Below, piece after piece: positions 61,617 to 64,000 of a stretch of 64,000 nucleotides of DNA (its first letter is position 1; every line of letters starts with the position of its first letter). The notes below the pieces were generated by a model that saw only the letters and a list, made by a program, of their open reading frames with translations, was not told where the DNA came from and made no database searches. The DNA is from Hydrolagus colliei (taxonomy: Eukaryota). A program made the translations under genes and the position numbers. The stretch lies in contig CM068757.1 in the NCBI GenBank assembly GCA_035084275.1, positions 9,858,001 through 9,922,000 of the forward strand, written 5' to 3'.

Positions 61617-63631
61617 CTACAATAGACAGAAGCACATTCAACGTTAAAGCAAACTTGTTGTGCGATGACTTTTACCAGCGAACTCCTTAATGTAGCAAAT
61701 CAAATCAAGTAAACTACCACGGGGATGTGTTATAAGGTGACAATTAGAGTGAATAAACTTCTAACTCCCTTTATAACACAGAGCCAACACAGAGTGAACC
61801 AGTATTCAAGCAAAGTGAGTTAGAACCAAATTCAGTGGTATTTGCATTTGAATTTCTTTGAAGCACAACAACTGATTCTGTGTAATTAAACATTGCTGCT
61901 AACATGCATCAACAAGGTCTAAAACTGGCTACGAGGTGAAAAATTAATGCATTGTCATTTTGGTGAGTTTGGATGAGGGAGGAATATGACCAAGAAGCTG
62001 GGAACTCTTTCTTTGACATGGAACATTCTAACATGCACCTGGATCACCAGTATAGGATTTCAGCACAGACCCCATCAGATGTATAGTATTTCAGTGGTGG
62101 CTTTACCTGAGCTATTGGGGGAAGCAGCATTGAAAGGTATACCCCAATATAACATAATTGCTTATTTTAATTTTACACATGTTATAAGTTTACTGGACTC
62201 ATTTAAGTGTGAATATTAAAATAAAACCATGTGTTTCAAATAACCTGTCACATGTGCAAGATGTCTCAAAGCACTTCTCAGGATTAATATGTTTTTGTTA
62301 GTGAATATACATCTTCTTGTACAGGTTTCTCTTGGATCTGTGGCTCTCAAAACCTGTAAAGAGCCATTTCTAATCTGAAGTCTGATATAACATAAAATAC
62401 AACTAATAATGAAAGCCTTTTGGGTGTGAAATTAGCTTAGCTGCAAAATATTGGACACAACCAGTGAAAGTTAAGATGGTGTTGTTCAAGTAACATTTTG
62501 ATACATTTTTCCAGCAATTATGGACACAAACACTGACACTGCATTATTGTTTTTAAAGAAGCTGAGCTCACCGTTTAGCACTGCAGTGAATATCAACAAA
62601 ACTGCTCTGGGGATTTAAAAGCTGAGCGAGACCCTGCCATAGGTGGATTCATGTTACACGTTTTGTGGGCTTTGCAATCCAACTCCGCCAGTCGACAGAG
62701 AAGAATGTTGCAAATTTTACTATCCATTGCTTCCACATTCACTGAATATCTATTGTTGACTTTTATCCAATCTTCCCTCAACCAGATATAACAATATATT
62801 CAGGCAACACATACAGAGGCACTTCCTGCATCCTGCAATGTAGTGGGGAAAGGAATACAGCTACACAGAGGGTTATAGCACAGAAACGGGTCATTCAGCC
62901 AGTGTTTGTAGTCCACATGAGCCCTCACCCCTCCCAATACTCTCTCCTATACTCATCTATAATATTTCCTTTTCCCTCATGTATAAGTTAAGTTTCTTCT
63001 GAAGTGTACTGATGCTTTCTGATTCATCCACAGCTTCTGGCAGTGAGATCCAAGTTTTCACCATCCTCTGGGTTGAAAAATTCCTCCTAAAACTCCCTTT
63101 TAGATCTGCTCCAGGGTATCTTATGTTTCTGCCTCCTCAGTTTTGACTCACCAACAAGTGGAAACAGCCTGTTAACGTCCTGAGCCTTGAATCTGAAGGT
63201 GGCTTCCTTCATTGACGTAGAGATTACTTGATTAATTCCTTGATTCTCGTGCTCCCTCTGTGACACGACCTGCCAGTGTGATTAGATGCACGAGAGCCAA
63301 AGATAACAAGTGTATCCAACTTTGAATTTGCTATTGCAGTGAGTTAATGGATAAAATCTACATATGATACAGAGAAAAGTGCTCTATCTTAAACAGAGTA
63401 GGAGATGGGGGATTTGAAGCTTCTTCTAACCTGGCATTTCTCATCCTGACAGATCGATCTTACACCCAGAGAATGATTGTTAGTCCATGGGCAAGGTGTG
63501 GAGCAGTGAGAAACTGTTGGCAATGTCTTATTTTAGTTAGAGGGAAAACACAGATTCTCACTCACTAGGGTGGCCAATGACTATGATCTCTGCCTGTTCA
63601 TCCATTCATCACGAATAATGAAATGCTTTAC

Positions 63632-63874
63632 CTTTTGTGCGTCATAAGCATCCTTCAAGTCAATGTAATTGGTAGCAGCCCTCATCGCGAAAGGAAGCTT
63701 GCCGATGGCCTTCAGGTCAATTGGCCGCTTGTGTGCAGTTGTGATGAAGGTGTTCATCCACCAGTAAGTGCCCTTGGACAGCAGGTTGACAAAGGGCTGC
63801 AGGAATCGCACCCCCAAATCTTGTAAGTCCTCTGGAGGCTTCACTTCCCGCGAGTGCTTGTAGAAGATGTAACG
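63632..63874 (-). CDS. ABCC8: SUR1 exon 5 (L0 linker): [21 protein letters not shown]...DAQK
   Basis: 243 nt, AG/GTAAAG. Confidence 0.95.
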
Positions 63875-64000
63875 CTAAGACAGAAAAAACACCCCAGTTA
63901 GCAGTAATAATATTAATCTTTGCATTTGATGTAGTGTCTTATCACGTCCTCGAGATGTCTCAAAGCGCTTCACAGAATGTACTGTAAAGTGAATTAACTA

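Overview
Vertebrate genomic DNA, inferred to be from a cartilaginous fish (probably a chimaera such as Callorhinchus) from its SINE/LINE content and compact introns; the species is not verified. The window holds the pancreatic-type K_ATP channel locus on the minus strand. ABCC8 (SUR1) exons 5-39 run from 63874 to 15223: 35 exons, all with GT-AG boundaries, 4173 nt in one continuous frame, 1390 aa plus stop, with exons 1-4 outside the window. The intronless KCNJ11 (Kir6.2) CDS lies 2.7 kb further downstream (12488-11364, 374 aa). At the left edge, on the plus strand, is one Ig C1-set exon in the position NCR3LG1/B7-H6 occupies in human. Introns and intergenic DNA are full of tRNA-derived Deu-type SINEs, L2 and CR1 fragments, and several DNA transposons whose TIRs and TSDs can be read directly. 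I found no clearly new gene system. The most notable observations are: (i) Kir6.2 has Gln at the ATP-binding Arg50 position, which is a neonatal-diabetes substitution in humans; (ii) Kir6.2 has KKK in place of the RKR ER-retention motif, while SUR1 keeps its RKR; (iii) a family of short palindromic elements with 12-15 bp TSDs, possibly Penelope-related; (iv) a young hAT derivative with a BED-finger ORF and a perfect 37-bp hairpin, 48 nt from an ABCC8 splice acceptor; (v) a CpG-rich promoter-like cassette antisense in intron 14. Exon numbers and residue comparisons use human/rodent sequences recalled from memory; no alignment or database search was run.
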